Origin: Acidimicrobiaceae bacterium
GTDB taxonomy: Bacteria > Actinomycetota > Acidimicrobiia > Acidimicrobiales > Aldehydirespiratoraceae
Length of the DNA stretch: 60,162 nt
Assembly (NCBI GenBank): GCA_002729125.1
Contig: PBTQ01000011.1
Location: 1-60,162 of the forward strand
Reading direction: 5' to 3'
Of this stretch, positions 34,308 through 43,348 are shown one piece after another (the first letter of the stretch is position 1; every line of letters starts with the position of its first letter). Position numbers and translations under genes: made by a program. The notes beneath the pieces were generated by a model, which did not search any database, was not told the DNA's origin, and worked only from the letters and a program-made list of their open reading frames with translations.

Positions 34308-36899
34308 ATGAGCGACTCCCGGATCCCCGACAAGCCCGACCTCGCCGGCCTCGAGGACAAGTGGGACGCCGTATGGGACGACACGGGCATCTATCACTTC
34401 GACGCAACAAAGACGCGTGACGAGGTCTTCGCGATAGACACCCCGCCGCCCACAGTCTCGGGCTCACTCCACGTCGGGCATGTCTTCAGCTACACCCACA
34501 CCGACACGATCGCCCGGTATCAACGCATGGCCGGTAGCGAAGTCTTCTACCCAATGGGGTGGGACGACAACGGCCTGCCCACCGAACGCCGTGTTCAGAA
34601 CTACTTCGGTGTCCGCTGCGACCCGTCGCTTCCCTTCGACCCCGACTTCGCCGCCCCCGACGATGCCGGCGACCCCAAGGCCATCGGCAAGCGTCCGACC
34701 ATCGCCGTCAGCCGCCCCAACTTCATCGAACTGTGCGTCCAGCTCACGGTGGAAGACGAGAAGGCCTTCGAGGGGCTGTTCCGTCGCCTCGGGCTGTCGG
34801 TCGACTGGACCCGCACCTACGAGACGATCAACGACCACTGCCGGCGCATCAGCCAGCTGGCGTTCCTCGACAACCTGAACGCCGGTCAGGCGTACCAGAT
34901 CGAGGCGCCGTCGCTGTGGGATGTCACCTTCCAGACCGCCGTCGCCCAGGCCGAACTCGAGGACAAGGAGATGCCGGGCGCTTACCACAAGCTCCGCTTC
35001 GCCGGCGTCGGCGACACCCCCGACATCTGGATCGACACCACCCGCCCCGAACTCGTCCCGGCGTGTGTCGCCCTCGTCGCCCACCCCGACGACGAGCGCT
35101 ACCAGCCCTACTTCGGCGGCACCGTCTCGTCCCCGCTGTTCCGCGTTGAGGTCCCCGTCGTCACTCACGAGCTTGCCCAGCCCGACAAGGGCACCGGCAT
35201 TGCCATGATCTGCACCTTCGGCGACACCACCGACGTCACCTGGTGGCGGGAACTCGACCTGCCGGTCCGCACGGTCATCCAGCGCGATGGCAAGTTCGCA
35301 GCCGAAACGCCCGACTGGATTCCGGAAGGCGGCGCCACCGAGGCCTACCAGCGCCTCGCCGGTCTGCGCTCGAAAAACGCCCAGGACGAGATTGCCGCGA
35401 TGCTCGCCGAAGCGGGCGAGATGGACGGCGACCCTCGCCCGATCACCCACCCTGTCAAGTTCTTCGAAAAGGGCGACAAGCCACTCGAGATCGTCAGCTC
35501 CCGTCAGTGGTACATCCGAAATGGCGGCCGCGGCGACGACCTGCGCCAGGCACTCATCGACCGTGGCGACGAGATGAACTGGGTCCCGAGCTACATGCAG
35601 ACCCGGTACACCTCCTGGATCGAAGGCCTCAACGGCGATTGGCTAATCAGCCGTCAGCGCTTCTTCGGCGTCCCGATCCCGCTCTGGTATCCGCTCGACG
35701 CAACGGGTGAGCCGGTCTGGGGTCAGCCGCTGGTCCCGTCCGAGGATCAGCTCCCGATCGACCCGTCGACCGACGTCCCCGGCGGGTACGACGAGGCGCA
35801 GCGCGGCCAAGCCGACGGCTTCATGGGCGAACCCGACATCATGGATACCTGGGCGACGTCGTCGCTCACGCCGCAGATCGCCACCGGCTGGCGAACCGAC
35901 GAGGATCTCTACGCCCGCACATTCCCGATGGACGTCCGCCCACAGGCGCACGACATCATTCGTACCTGGCTGTTCTCGACCGTTGTTCGGGCGCACTTCG
36001 ATGCCGACACCATCCCGTGGAAGAACTGCGCGCTCAGCGGCTGGATCCTCGATCCCGATCGCAAAAAGATGTCGAAGTCGAAGGGCAACGTCGTCGTCCC
36101 CACCGAATTGCTCGAGCAATACGGCTCCGACGCCGTTCGCTACTGGGCATCGTCGGGACGCCCCGGAACCGACACGGCGTTCGACGAAGGTCAGATGAAG
36201 ATCGGTCGACGCCTCTCGATCAAATTGCTCAACGCCAGCAAGTTCGTCCTCGGCTTCGGCGACACGAGCGAGGGCATCGACTCGGGCAAGGTCACCGATG
36301 CCATCGACCGGTCGATGCTCGACCGCCTTGGCGATCTCGTCGACGAGGCGACCACGGCGTTCGACGGCTTCGACTACGCCCGATCACTCGAACGCACCGA
36401 GTCGTTCTTCTGGTGGTTCACCGACAACTACATGGAGCTGGTCAAGGCCCGCGCCTACGGCGAGTACGGCGACGATCGCGCTGCATCGGCTCACCACGCC
36501 CTGCGCATGGCGCTGTCGACGCTGCATCGGCTTCTCGCCCCATTCCTCCCCTTTGTCACCGAAGAGGTCTGGAGCTGGTGGCAGGACGGCTCGATCCATC
36601 GCGCCGCATGGCCCACCGCCGCTGAGCTGCGCGAGCCGGCCGCCGGTACCGGCAGCGCTGCCTGTGATGTCGCCACCAACGCCCTCGTGATCGTGCGCCG
36701 GGAGAAGAGCGAAGCGAAGCGCAAGCTCCGTACCGCTGTCCTCGAGGCGACGTTCTCCGGGCCGGCGGGCGAACTCGCCCTGCTCGATCAGGTGATCGAC
36801 GACGTCAAGGCCGCCGGCGTGATCCACGCGGTCAACCCTCACGATGAGGGCACCAAGCTCAGCGTCGCCGTCGAACTCGAGCCGGAAGAAACGGCCTAA
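34308..36899 (+). CDS. valS: Valine-tRNA ligase
   Basis: PPPTVSGSLHVGHVFSY (HIGH region) and KMSKSKGN (KMSKS). 863 aa from ATG 34308; the ORF track starts at 34218. Confidence 0.95.
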   Translation: MSDSRIPDKPDLAGLEDKWDAVWDDTGIYHFDATKTRDEVFAIDTPPPTVSGSLHVGHVFSYTHTDTIARYQRMAGSEVFYPMGWDDNGLPTERRVQNYFGVRCDPSLPFDPDFAAPDDAGDPKAIGKRPTIAVSRPNFIELCVQLTVEDEKAFEGLFRRLGLSVDWTRTYETINDHCRRISQLAFLDNLNAGQAYQIEAPSLWDVTFQTAVAQAELEDKEMPGAYHKLRFAGVGDTPDIWIDTTRPELVPACVALVAHPDDERYQPYFGGTVSSPLFRVEVPVVTHELAQPDKGTGIAMICTFGDTTDVTWWRELDLPVRTVIQRDGKFAAETPDWIPEGGATEAYQRLAGLRSKNAQDEIAAMLAEAGEMDGDPRPITHPVKFFEKGDKPLEIVSSRQWYIRNGGRGDDLRQALIDRGDEMNWVPSYMQTRYTSWIEGLNGDWLISRQRFFGVPIPLWYPLDATGEPVWGQPLVPSEDQLPIDPSTDVPGGYDEAQRGQADGFMGEPDIMDTWATSSLTPQIATGWRTDEDLYARTFPMDVRPQAHDIIRTWLFSTVVRAHFDADTIPWKNCALSGWILDPDRKKMSKSKGNVVVPTELLEQYGSDAVRYWASSGRPGTDTAFDEGQMKIGRRLSIKLLNASKFVLGFGDTSEGIDSGKVTDAIDRSMLDRLGDLVDEATTAFDGFDYARSLERTESFFWWFTDNYMELVKARAYGEYGDDRAASAHHALRMALSTLHRLLAPFLPFVTEEVWSWWQDGSIHRAAWPTAAELREPAAGTGSAACDVATNALVIVRREKSEAKRKLRTAVLEATFSGPAGELALLDQVIDDVKAAGVIHAVNPHDEGTKLSVAVELEPEETA

Positions 36900-36901
36900 T
36901 C

Positions 36902-37465
36902 ATGGCGGTCGGTGACCGCAACCGCTGGAACGGCAAGTGGGCCGAGACGGGCCGGGGCACCTCCCACGGCTCGGCACTCGCCGACCTCGTGCACCCATGG
37001 CTGCCCCCGTCAGGGTCGCTGCTCGACATTGCGGGCGGCGGTTCGAGTGACTCGCTGCACTTCGCACGGCTCGGTCTCGACGTGACCGTCGCCGACGTGA
37101 GCGACGTCGGGCTGATCCAGGCCACGCAGCGTTGCCTCGCCGAGGACATCATGATCTCGACCATCGAAATAGATCTCGAAACCGAGCCGCTCCCCACGGG
37201 GCTCTGGGAGGTCATTACCGTGGCAAACTACCTCCAGCGCGACCTGTTCGAGTCACTCATCGACCATCTCGCCGAGTACGGCGTGATCGGCGTGGTGATC
37301 GCCACCGAGACCAACCTCGAACGCAACGAGAAACCGAGTCGTAGTTTTCTCCTCGACAGCGGTGAACTGCCAGCCCTCGTCCCGGGGGTGGAGACCCTGC
37401 ACTTCTCCGAGTCCTGGCGCGACAACGGCCGCCACGAGGCCCATTTCGTCGGGCGGCGCCGATGA
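36902..37465 (+). CDS. Class I SAM-dependent methyltransferase (TehB-like size)
   Basis: SAM motif I LLDIAGGGSSDSLHFARLG.DVTVADVS. 187 aa. It starts 2 nt after the valS stop. Confidence 0.78.
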   Translation: MAVGDRNRWNGKWAETGRGTSHGSALADLVHPWLPPSGSLLDIAGGGSSDSLHFARLGLDVTVADVSDVGLIQATQRCLAEDIMISTIEIDLETEPLPTGLWEVITVANYLQRDLFESLIDHLAEYGVIGVVIATETNLERNEKPSRSFLLDSGELPALVPGVETLHFSESWRDNGRHEAHFVGRRR

Positions 37466-37466
37466 T

Positions 37467-38279
37467 CTAGATCGGGTCCTGGTCCCAGAGGTGGGTTTGG
37501 GGCGGGTCACCGTAGAGCAGTTCGGCAGGCGACTTTTTGTCGATGTTGCCGATCAACCCGCGGTAGATCCCAAGCCCACACATCTGGCGCAGTTTTGGAC
37601 TGAAGGTCGCCATCCGCTCGGGTGGGATGCCGAGTTGCTGGTTCTCTTGCTGGCGGATGAAGCCGGCGCAGTAGTTCATCGCGATGCCGGTTCGCCAGCC
37701 GTCGGTGGTGTTGGCGCCGCCTCCGTGCCAGAGGCTGCCGGTCCAGATCAGTACATCACCGCGAGCCATCTCGGCCGGGATCGACTCGGCCTCGACCGCC
37801 TCGCGGTATTTGGGCGTCTTCCAGTGGTGACTGCCCGGGACGAGACGGGTTGCGCCATTGGCATCGGTGAAGTCGGTGAGCGCCCACATCGTGTTGCACA
37901 CCGTCGGGAAGTGGGGCTTGGCAATGCGCATCATCTGATCATCGGCGTGGATCGGTTGCGCCGCCTCGCCCGGCCCAATCGAGACCGACGCAAGTGACGA
38001 GATCAGGAACCCTTCACCGAGCACCCCTTCGATGACCGACGCGATCGCCGGGTGGACGGGCACCTCGGGCCACGGCCCCTCGTGGACGAGGAGGTTAAAC
38101 ACCCGTTTGGTGCTCGCGCCCTCGAAGGTGTTCGCCGACGGCGAGATGCCGAGCCAGCCTTCAAGGTCGTGCAACGCCGCCTCGAGTTCGTCGATGAGCC
38201 GGGGGTCGATCGCCTGTTCGACAATCGTCCAGCCGACATCGTCGAGACGTTCGACGTGTTCCTGCACACTCACACCCAT
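37467..38279 (-). CDS. Phytanoyl-CoA dioxygenase (PhyH) family Fe(II)/2OG oxygenase
   Basis: ...QPIHADDQ... (HxD), TRLVPGSHHW, and LWHGGGANTTD (distal His, Arg/Thr region). Start trimmed to ATG 38279; the ORF track start is 38360. Confidence 0.78.
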   Translation of the reverse strand: MGVSVQEHVERLDDVGWTIVEQAIDPRLIDELEAALHDLEGWLGISPSANTFEGASTKRVFNLLVHEGPWPEVPVHPAIASVIEGVLGEGFLISSLASVSIGPGEAAQPIHADDQMMRIAKPHFPTVCNTMWALTDFTDANGATRLVPGSHHWKTPKYREAVEAESIPAEMARGDVLIWTGSLWHGGGANTTDGWRTGIAMNYCAGFIRQQENQQLGIPPERMATFSPKLRQMCGLGIYRGLIGNIDKKSPAELLYGDPPQTHLWDQDPI

Positions 38280-38397
38280 GCCTCGAGGGTAGCCAGCCAA
38301 TCGATCTTGAGTGGACGAATCGACGTCATCACACGCGTCTGCGCTCGGACAAGCCGACACCTGCCGCGAACCACACGTGAGCTGTCAGACTACGTCG

Positions 38398-39420
38398 GTG
38401 ATCGATCTCCGCTCTGACACTGTCACCCGCCCGACTGCTGCGATGAAGCAGGCCATGGTCGACGCCCCGCTTGGCGACGACGTGTTCGGAGACGATCCCA
38501 CCGTGCAGCGCCTTGAGGCGATGGTGGCCGAGCGACTGAACAAGGAGGCGGCAGTCTTCGTCACGAGCGGCACCCAGTCGAACCTGCTCGCGCTGATGAG
38601 CCACTGTGGACGAGGCGACGGGTACATCGTCGGCAACCAGGCCCACTGCTACGGCTGGGAGGGCGGTGGCGCTGCCGTGCTCGGCAGCATCCAGCCTCAG
38701 GTTGTGCCAATGCTGGCCGATGGGCTCCCCGACCCCACCGCCATCGCCGCAGCGGTGAAGCCCGAAGATCCACACTTCGCCCGCACCAAGGTCGTCTGTC
38801 TCGAGAACACCAAGGACGGCATCGTCCAGTCGATCGCCCGCATGGAGGAAGCCACGGACACTGCCCGAGCGCACGGCCTCGCCACCCACCTCGACGGTGC
38901 CCGCATGTGGAACGCCGCCGTGGCGCTCGGCGTCGACGGCGCCACGCTCACCGCTCCATTCGACACGGTGTCGTTGTGTCTCTCGAAGGGGCTCGGGACA
39001 CCGATGGGTTCGGTGCTCAGCGGGCCGGCCGCTCTGATCGGCGAAGCCCGCAAGTACCGCAAGATGCTCGGTGGGGGTCTCCGCCAGGTTGGCATGGTCG
39101 CTGCGGCCGGAATTTATGCGCTGGACCACCATGTCGACCGCCTCGCCGACGACCATGCGAACGCGGCCGCACTGGCCGAGGCGCTTAGCGCGATCGACGG
39201 CATCGAGATCCGGGCGCAGAACACCAACATGGTGTTCTGTTCGGCGGGTCAGGTCGACCCGGCCGCGCTGACCGAGGCGATGGAAGCCGCCGGTGTGCTG
39301 GCGCTCTGGTACTCGACTCCCGATGGCACGACCGAGACTCGACTTGTCACCCATTTCGACGTGTCGACCGGCGATCTCGGACTGGTGGCGAACGCCGTTG
39401 AGCAGGCCCTCGCCTCCTGA
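38398..39420 (+). CDS. ltaE: Low-specificity L-threonine aldolase (PLP-dependent)
   Basis: IDLRSDTVTRPT...MVDAPLGDDVFGDDPTV..LE...FVTSGTQSNL...SLCLSKGLGTPMGS (PLP Lys). Start trimmed to GTG 38398. Confidence 0.85.
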   Translation: MIDLRSDTVTRPTAAMKQAMVDAPLGDDVFGDDPTVQRLEAMVAERLNKEAAVFVTSGTQSNLLALMSHCGRGDGYIVGNQAHCYGWEGGGAAVLGSIQPQVVPMLADGLPDPTAIAAAVKPEDPHFARTKVVCLENTKDGIVQSIARMEEATDTARAHGLATHLDGARMWNAAVALGVDGATLTAPFDTVSLCLSKGLGTPMGSVLSGPAALIGEARKYRKMLGGGLRQVGMVAAAGIYALDHHVDRLADDHANAAALAEALSAIDGIEIRAQNTNMVFCSAGQVDPAALTEAMEAAGVLALWYSTPDGTTETRLVTHFDVSTGDLGLVANAVEQALAS

Positions 39421-40524
39421 TCAGACCAGGCCCGCCAACCGATAGGCACCTTCGAGATCCTCGTGGTTGGTGTAGCACCCCTTGAAGCGTCGCTCGCCCG
39501 AGAAGCCGGTTCGGCCGTGGAAACAGCGCCAGTTGTCGAACACGAGGACGCGGCCGGGTTGCCACGGGTGCACGAGCGCCCGTGCCGAATCGTTGAACAC
39601 CGCCCGGAAGCCGTTGTAGGCGTCGATCACGTCGTCGACGAGGCCGCTATCCGGGAGTACCGGCGAGCGGTCGTAGTTGTTGAACGACACCTGCACGAGC
39701 TTGCCGTGCTCATCGACCCGCAGCGGTGGGCGTTCGGCAACGAGATGCACGCCGGGCTCGACATAGTGCGCGGTGACGGCAAAGCGGGTGAGGAGGTCGG
39801 CCGCCTCCGGGTTCTGGGCTTGGAAGTCGCGAGCGGCGGCGAAACCATCGACCAGCACTGAGGCTCCGCCCTCGCCCGTCTTGAGTTGCTGGGCGAACAC
39901 GATCGTGCCGGGGCCGTCGTGGCTGTAGGTGCCGTCGGTGTGCACGTCGAGGGCGAACGACTCGTAGGCGGAATCCTGATGTTCGAACGAGCCGGAATTC
40001 ATGTTCCAGATCGTGCCGAAGATCGATGCACGCGGGTAGCCGATGCGTTCGGCAAGGCGAATAGTGGACTCCTCGCCGAGTTCCGCGCCGTCGAAGGCCG
40101 CCCAACCGAAACGTCGGAGATGGTCGAGCGCCTCGATCCATGCAACGTCGTCGTCGAGCACACCGAAGTCGAACCAGGTTGCCTCGGACGGCGAGTCCCA
40201 CAGATCAAGGCCAGCCGGGAGGGCAAAACCGGAGCCGGTACGAGGCCAAAGCGACCGCCGACTCGACGCAACCACCAGCAGACGATCGAGATCGTGACCG
40301 GTGCGAACGCCATCGCTCCAGTCGACGGTGAACCAGGCCCCATCGACGCACACCGCAGTCGGTGCAATCTGCGGGTCGATCCCGAATGTGTCGGTGAGGC
40401 GCTGCTTGGAGTCAGGGTTGAGACTGTCGATGTCGTCGCCGTGGTCGCGAAGCCATCGTCCGGGGATGACGTGCTCACCGAGCACCACCGAACGATCCGA
40501 AATCGAGACAGCGAGGGCGCCCAT
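39421..40524 (-). CDS. Gamma-butyrobetaine / trimethyllysine hydroxylase-like Fe(II)/2OG dioxygenase (DUF971-like N-terminus plus TauD fold)
   Basis: N-terminus ...IPGRWLRDHG...QRL...FTVDWSDG is DUF971-like but lacks the zinc Cys residues. The catalytic part has LDVHTDGTY (HxD) and FDNWRCFHGRTGF (distal His, Arg). Start trimmed to ATG 40524. Confidence 0.75.
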   Translation of the reverse strand: MGALAVSISDRSVVLGEHVIPGRWLRDHGDDIDSLNPDSKQRLTDTFGIDPQIAPTAVCVDGAWFTVDWSDGVRTGHDLDRLLVVASSRRSLWPRTGSGFALPAGLDLWDSPSEATWFDFGVLDDDVAWIEALDHLRRFGWAAFDGAELGEESTIRLAERIGYPRASIFGTIWNMNSGSFEHQDSAYESFALDVHTDGTYSHDGPGTIVFAQQLKTGEGGASVLVDGFAAARDFQAQNPEAADLLTRFAVTAHYVEPGVHLVAERPPLRVDEHGKLVQVSFNNYDRSPVLPDSGLVDDVIDAYNGFRAVFNDSARALVHPWQPGRVLVFDNWRCFHGRTGFSGERRFKGCYTNHEDLEGAYRLAGLV

Positions 40525-40541
40525 TGACCCAGTGTGCCCGA

Positions 40542-42089
40542 TCAGCGCAGGATGCGGACCTTGCCGTACACGGTCCCGTAGAGGATCCGACCGTCGTCGT
40601 CGACGGTCACGCCGGCACCGAGGGTGTTGAACTTCGAGCCGCCGAGCACGTAGTGGAACGCCGACTCGCCAGTGGTCCAGTTCAGCGCCTCGATGGTCCA
40701 CATTCCGTCTCGGGAGCCGCACGTATAGACGAGGTCGGACGCCTGAGCGACAAACGGCACCGAGTTCGGCGACGACACGTCGTTGTTGACCCACGCCTCC
40801 TCAAGTCGACGCTCAACAGGATTCCACTCGTACTTGTGTAAGCCATGGGGCTTGTACTCGGGCTTGTGGCCGAGCATGAAGCACAACAGGCGTTTTCCGC
40901 GCACCGGAATGCCGTCGGGAAGCATCGCCGGCTCGTTGTTGACGGTCATCGCCCCGTAGCCGCTGACCGTGATCGACTGCTCCGTTTGGATGGCCTGCAG
41001 GTCGGGGTCGCCCATGTTGGCGGGGCCGAGACCGGCGATGCGACGCGACGGCGCACCAGGCAACTGCTCCCAGCCATCGGGGATCTCGTCGCGCCAGGCG
41101 TAGGTGATGTTGACGACCTCGTCGCCGTCACCGAACACGACGAAGTGATCCTCGTCAGGCCCGAAGCCCATGAGCGCCGGGGTGGTGCCGCTGCCGTTCT
41201 GGGCGCCGTTGCGGTAAGGGAAGCTCCAGGCGAGGTCGGCTTCGTCGATGCTCAGCCGTTCACCGTCCCAGACCACCTTGTGGTGGTGGTCGCACGATGA
41301 CAGGTAAATGCTGTTGTCGTCGTCGACACACGTGCTGGTGCGCACCCAGCCGAAGCCAGTGTGGCCGTAGTCCTCGGCTTTCGCCGCGCAATATGTAGCG
41401 GCACCTTCCGCGCCGCCCTGGATCTGGATCGCCCGGTACTCGCTAAAGTCGCGCTTCAACAGCACCACCCACCCGTGATCGGTGGTCATCACGAGCCAAC
41501 CGTCAAAGGTGATGTTGATGCCAACGAAGAAGCCTTCGATGTGATCGGGCTTATACCAGCGATCCCGTTCGACAATGGCGGAGGCCGGGTCGGTTGGATC
41601 GCTGTCGACATAGGCGACAGCGTGATCCTTGCGACCGAGGAAGAAGGTGTTGTCGCAGTCGATCAGGGCGTACACGCCGTCGAGGCCGGTCATGTACTTC
41701 AGCGAGAGTCCGATGGCGTGCTCGATCGCCTCCCAGCCCTCCTTATCGTCGAGGCCCCGAAGGTTTTCCTCGAGCTCGACCTGCGGTGTCTTTCCCTCGC
41801 CGCCGGCGATCACATGTTCGGCCAGGATCTCGAGCGTGTCGTAGTCGAGTTTGTTGATCGTTTGACGACCGTTGCTCCAGATCACCCGACGGCCATCCGG
41901 GTACGGGCCCGAGATCATGCAACCGAAGTGGCACGGGGTGAGCCAGGTGTACTGCACGCTGTCGGCATTGAGGACTTCGGAAGGTCCTTCAGGGCCGGCC
42001 CACGGCACATTGTCCTGCTGGTCGCTCCGGCCGTGGGCCATGGCGTTGCCCGACGGGGCGAGGAAGGGATTGACCGGAGGTTGCTGCAT
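40542..42089 (-). CDS. Hypothetical 516-aa soluble protein, no recognisable family
   Basis: Long ORF with high third-position GC. It starts at ATG 42089, 10 nt after the upstream stop. No signal peptide or TM segment. The sequence is rich in short DG/W-containing strand-like segments. I cannot assign any motif. Confidence 0.7.
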   Translation of the reverse strand: MQQPPVNPFLAPSGNAMAHGRSDQQDNVPWAGPEGPSEVLNADSVQYTWLTPCHFGCMISGPYPDGRRVIWSNGRQTINKLDYDTLEILAEHVIAGGEGKTPQVELEENLRGLDDKEGWEAIEHAIGLSLKYMTGLDGVYALIDCDNTFFLGRKDHAVAYVDSDPTDPASAIVERDRWYKPDHIEGFFVGINITFDGWLVMTTDHGWVVLLKRDFSEYRAIQIQGGAEGAATYCAAKAEDYGHTGFGWVRTSTCVDDDNSIYLSSCDHHHKVVWDGERLSIDEADLAWSFPYRNGAQNGSGTTPALMGFGPDEDHFVVFGDGDEVVNITYAWRDEIPDGWEQLPGAPSRRIAGLGPANMGDPDLQAIQTEQSITVSGYGAMTVNNEPAMLPDGIPVRGKRLLCFMLGHKPEYKPHGLHKYEWNPVERRLEEAWVNNDVSSPNSVPFVAQASDLVYTCGSRDGMWTIEALNWTTGESAFHYVLGGSKFNTLGAGVTVDDDGRILYGTVYGKVRILR

Positions 42090-42099
42090 CACGATCCGT

Positions 42100-42864
42100 T
42101 CAGGCGGCGAAGGGCTCGGTGACGAAACCGACCCGGTGGACAACTCGGCGGCTGGTGAAGTCGGCCATGGCGATGCGCTGGGTGCTGCGATTGTCCCAGA
42201 TGACGACATCGCCCTCCTCCCACCGATGCCGGTAAGCGAAGTCGGGGCAGGCAAGGTGCTCGAAGAGCATCGCGAGAATAGCCTCGGACTCGATCGGTGG
42301 CAGGTTGACGATTCCCCGCGCAAAGGTCTCGTTGACGAAAAGGCACGGACGCCCGCTCACCGGGTGATGCCGGATGACCGGGTGCTCGGCGGCAACGCCC
42401 GGTGCGATCTCGTGTCGGACCCACCGGTTGGCCAGCAGGGTGCGCATGCCATTGGAGAGGGCGTCGTGGGCGGCCTCGGTGTCGAGCCACACCGTGTCGC
42501 CACCGACGTCGGGCCTCATCCGCATCACGAGCGTCGCACCCGACGACGCGGTGCCGGTGAAGGTCTCGTCCGCGCGCCAGCGATCGGCCTTGTAGCCCTC
42601 GGCGCTATCGAAGACGCAGACAAGGTCGGAGTCCTCGTGACGGGGGTTCTGGGGCTGAGGAGGCTCGGCGTCGCCAAAGACGGTGGCGAGGGCGATGTGC
42701 TGTTCGATGGATGGATCAGCGCCAGGCAGCACGAGGACCTTGTGGTCGACGAGCGCGTCTTGCAGGGCCTGGTGACTGGCTTCGTCGAGCAGTTCGTCGA
42801 ACGGTGTGTCGATCCGGGCGGCGAAATATCCGCTGAGTGGGGTCAGGGTGAGGGTGGTGGTCAT
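42100..42864 (-). CDS. TauD/TfdA-fold protein lacking both iron-binding histidines
   Basis: The alignment with E. coli TauD is recalled from memory. DRWRADETF corresponds to WHTDVTF (His to Arg, Asp kept). VIWDNRSTQRIA corresponds to IWDNRVTQHYA (His to Arg). GGDTVW and HPVIRHHPVSGRPCLFVN are conserved. ATG overlaps the marR stop (ATGA). Confidence 0.75.
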   Translation of the reverse strand: MTTTLTLTPLSGYFAARIDTPFDELLDEASHQALQDALVDHKVLVLPGADPSIEQHIALATVFGDAEPPQPQNPRHEDSDLVCVFDSAEGYKADRWRADETFTGTASSGATLVMRMRPDVGGDTVWLDTEAAHDALSNGMRTLLANRWVRHEIAPGVAAEHPVIRHHPVSGRPCLFVNETFARGIVNLPPIESEAILAMLFEHLACPDFAYRHRWEEGDVVIWDNRSTQRIAMADFTSRRVVHRVGFVTEPFAA

Positions 42865-43334
42865 GCGTGGACGCCGAGCGGGTTGGCCACGAAACCGGCC
42901 GACGTCGGTAGACCGGCGGCTCGTTCGAGGGCGATGACGAGGTCGCGCACATGGATGCCGACGTCGTCGAGGTCGAGGTCACCGACGGCGGCGGCGGTGG
43001 CGGCGGTCAGGCGGGTGATGACTGCGTCGTGGAGTCGACGGCCGTCTCCGGACAGCACGATGAGCTTGCCGCGGCCGTCGGTCGGATCGGGTCGGCGCTT
43101 GATGAGGCCTGCCGATTCCAGCCGACCCAAGGTGGCGGTGAGACCACCGGAGGTCTGCACGGCGAACCGGGCGACATCGCTCGGCCGAGCCGTGCGCTCC
43201 GGCGCGTGCACAAGGTAGGCCAGCACTCGGATCTCGGCGGGCGTGGTGGCGGCATCGGCACAGATGTCGGTTGTCATCGAGTCGGTGAGCCGACCGAGAC
43301 GGCCCAGCAAGAAGGTGAGGGTCAGAGGATCCAC
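42861..43334 (-). CDS. MarR family transcriptional regulator
   Basis: ...LTATLGRLESAGLIKRRPDPTDGRGKLIVLSGDGRRL (wing motif). GTG start. It is the first gene of a four-gene same-strand cluster. Confidence 0.85.
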   Translation of the reverse strand: MDPLTLTFLLGRLGRLTDSMTTDICADAATTPAEIRVLAYLVHAPERTARPSDVARFAVQTSGGLTATLGRLESAGLIKRRPDPTDGRGKLIVLSGDGRRLHDAVITRLTAATAAAVGDLDLDDVGIHVRDLVIALERAAGLPTSAGFVANPLGVHA

Positions 43335-43348
43335 CTCGAGAAAACTAC

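Noticed and set aside
37464-37473. Palindrome GATCTAGATC between the methyltransferase and PhyH genes
   Set aside because: It arises trivially from two convergent stop codons (TGA and TAG on opposite strands). It has no extended arms.
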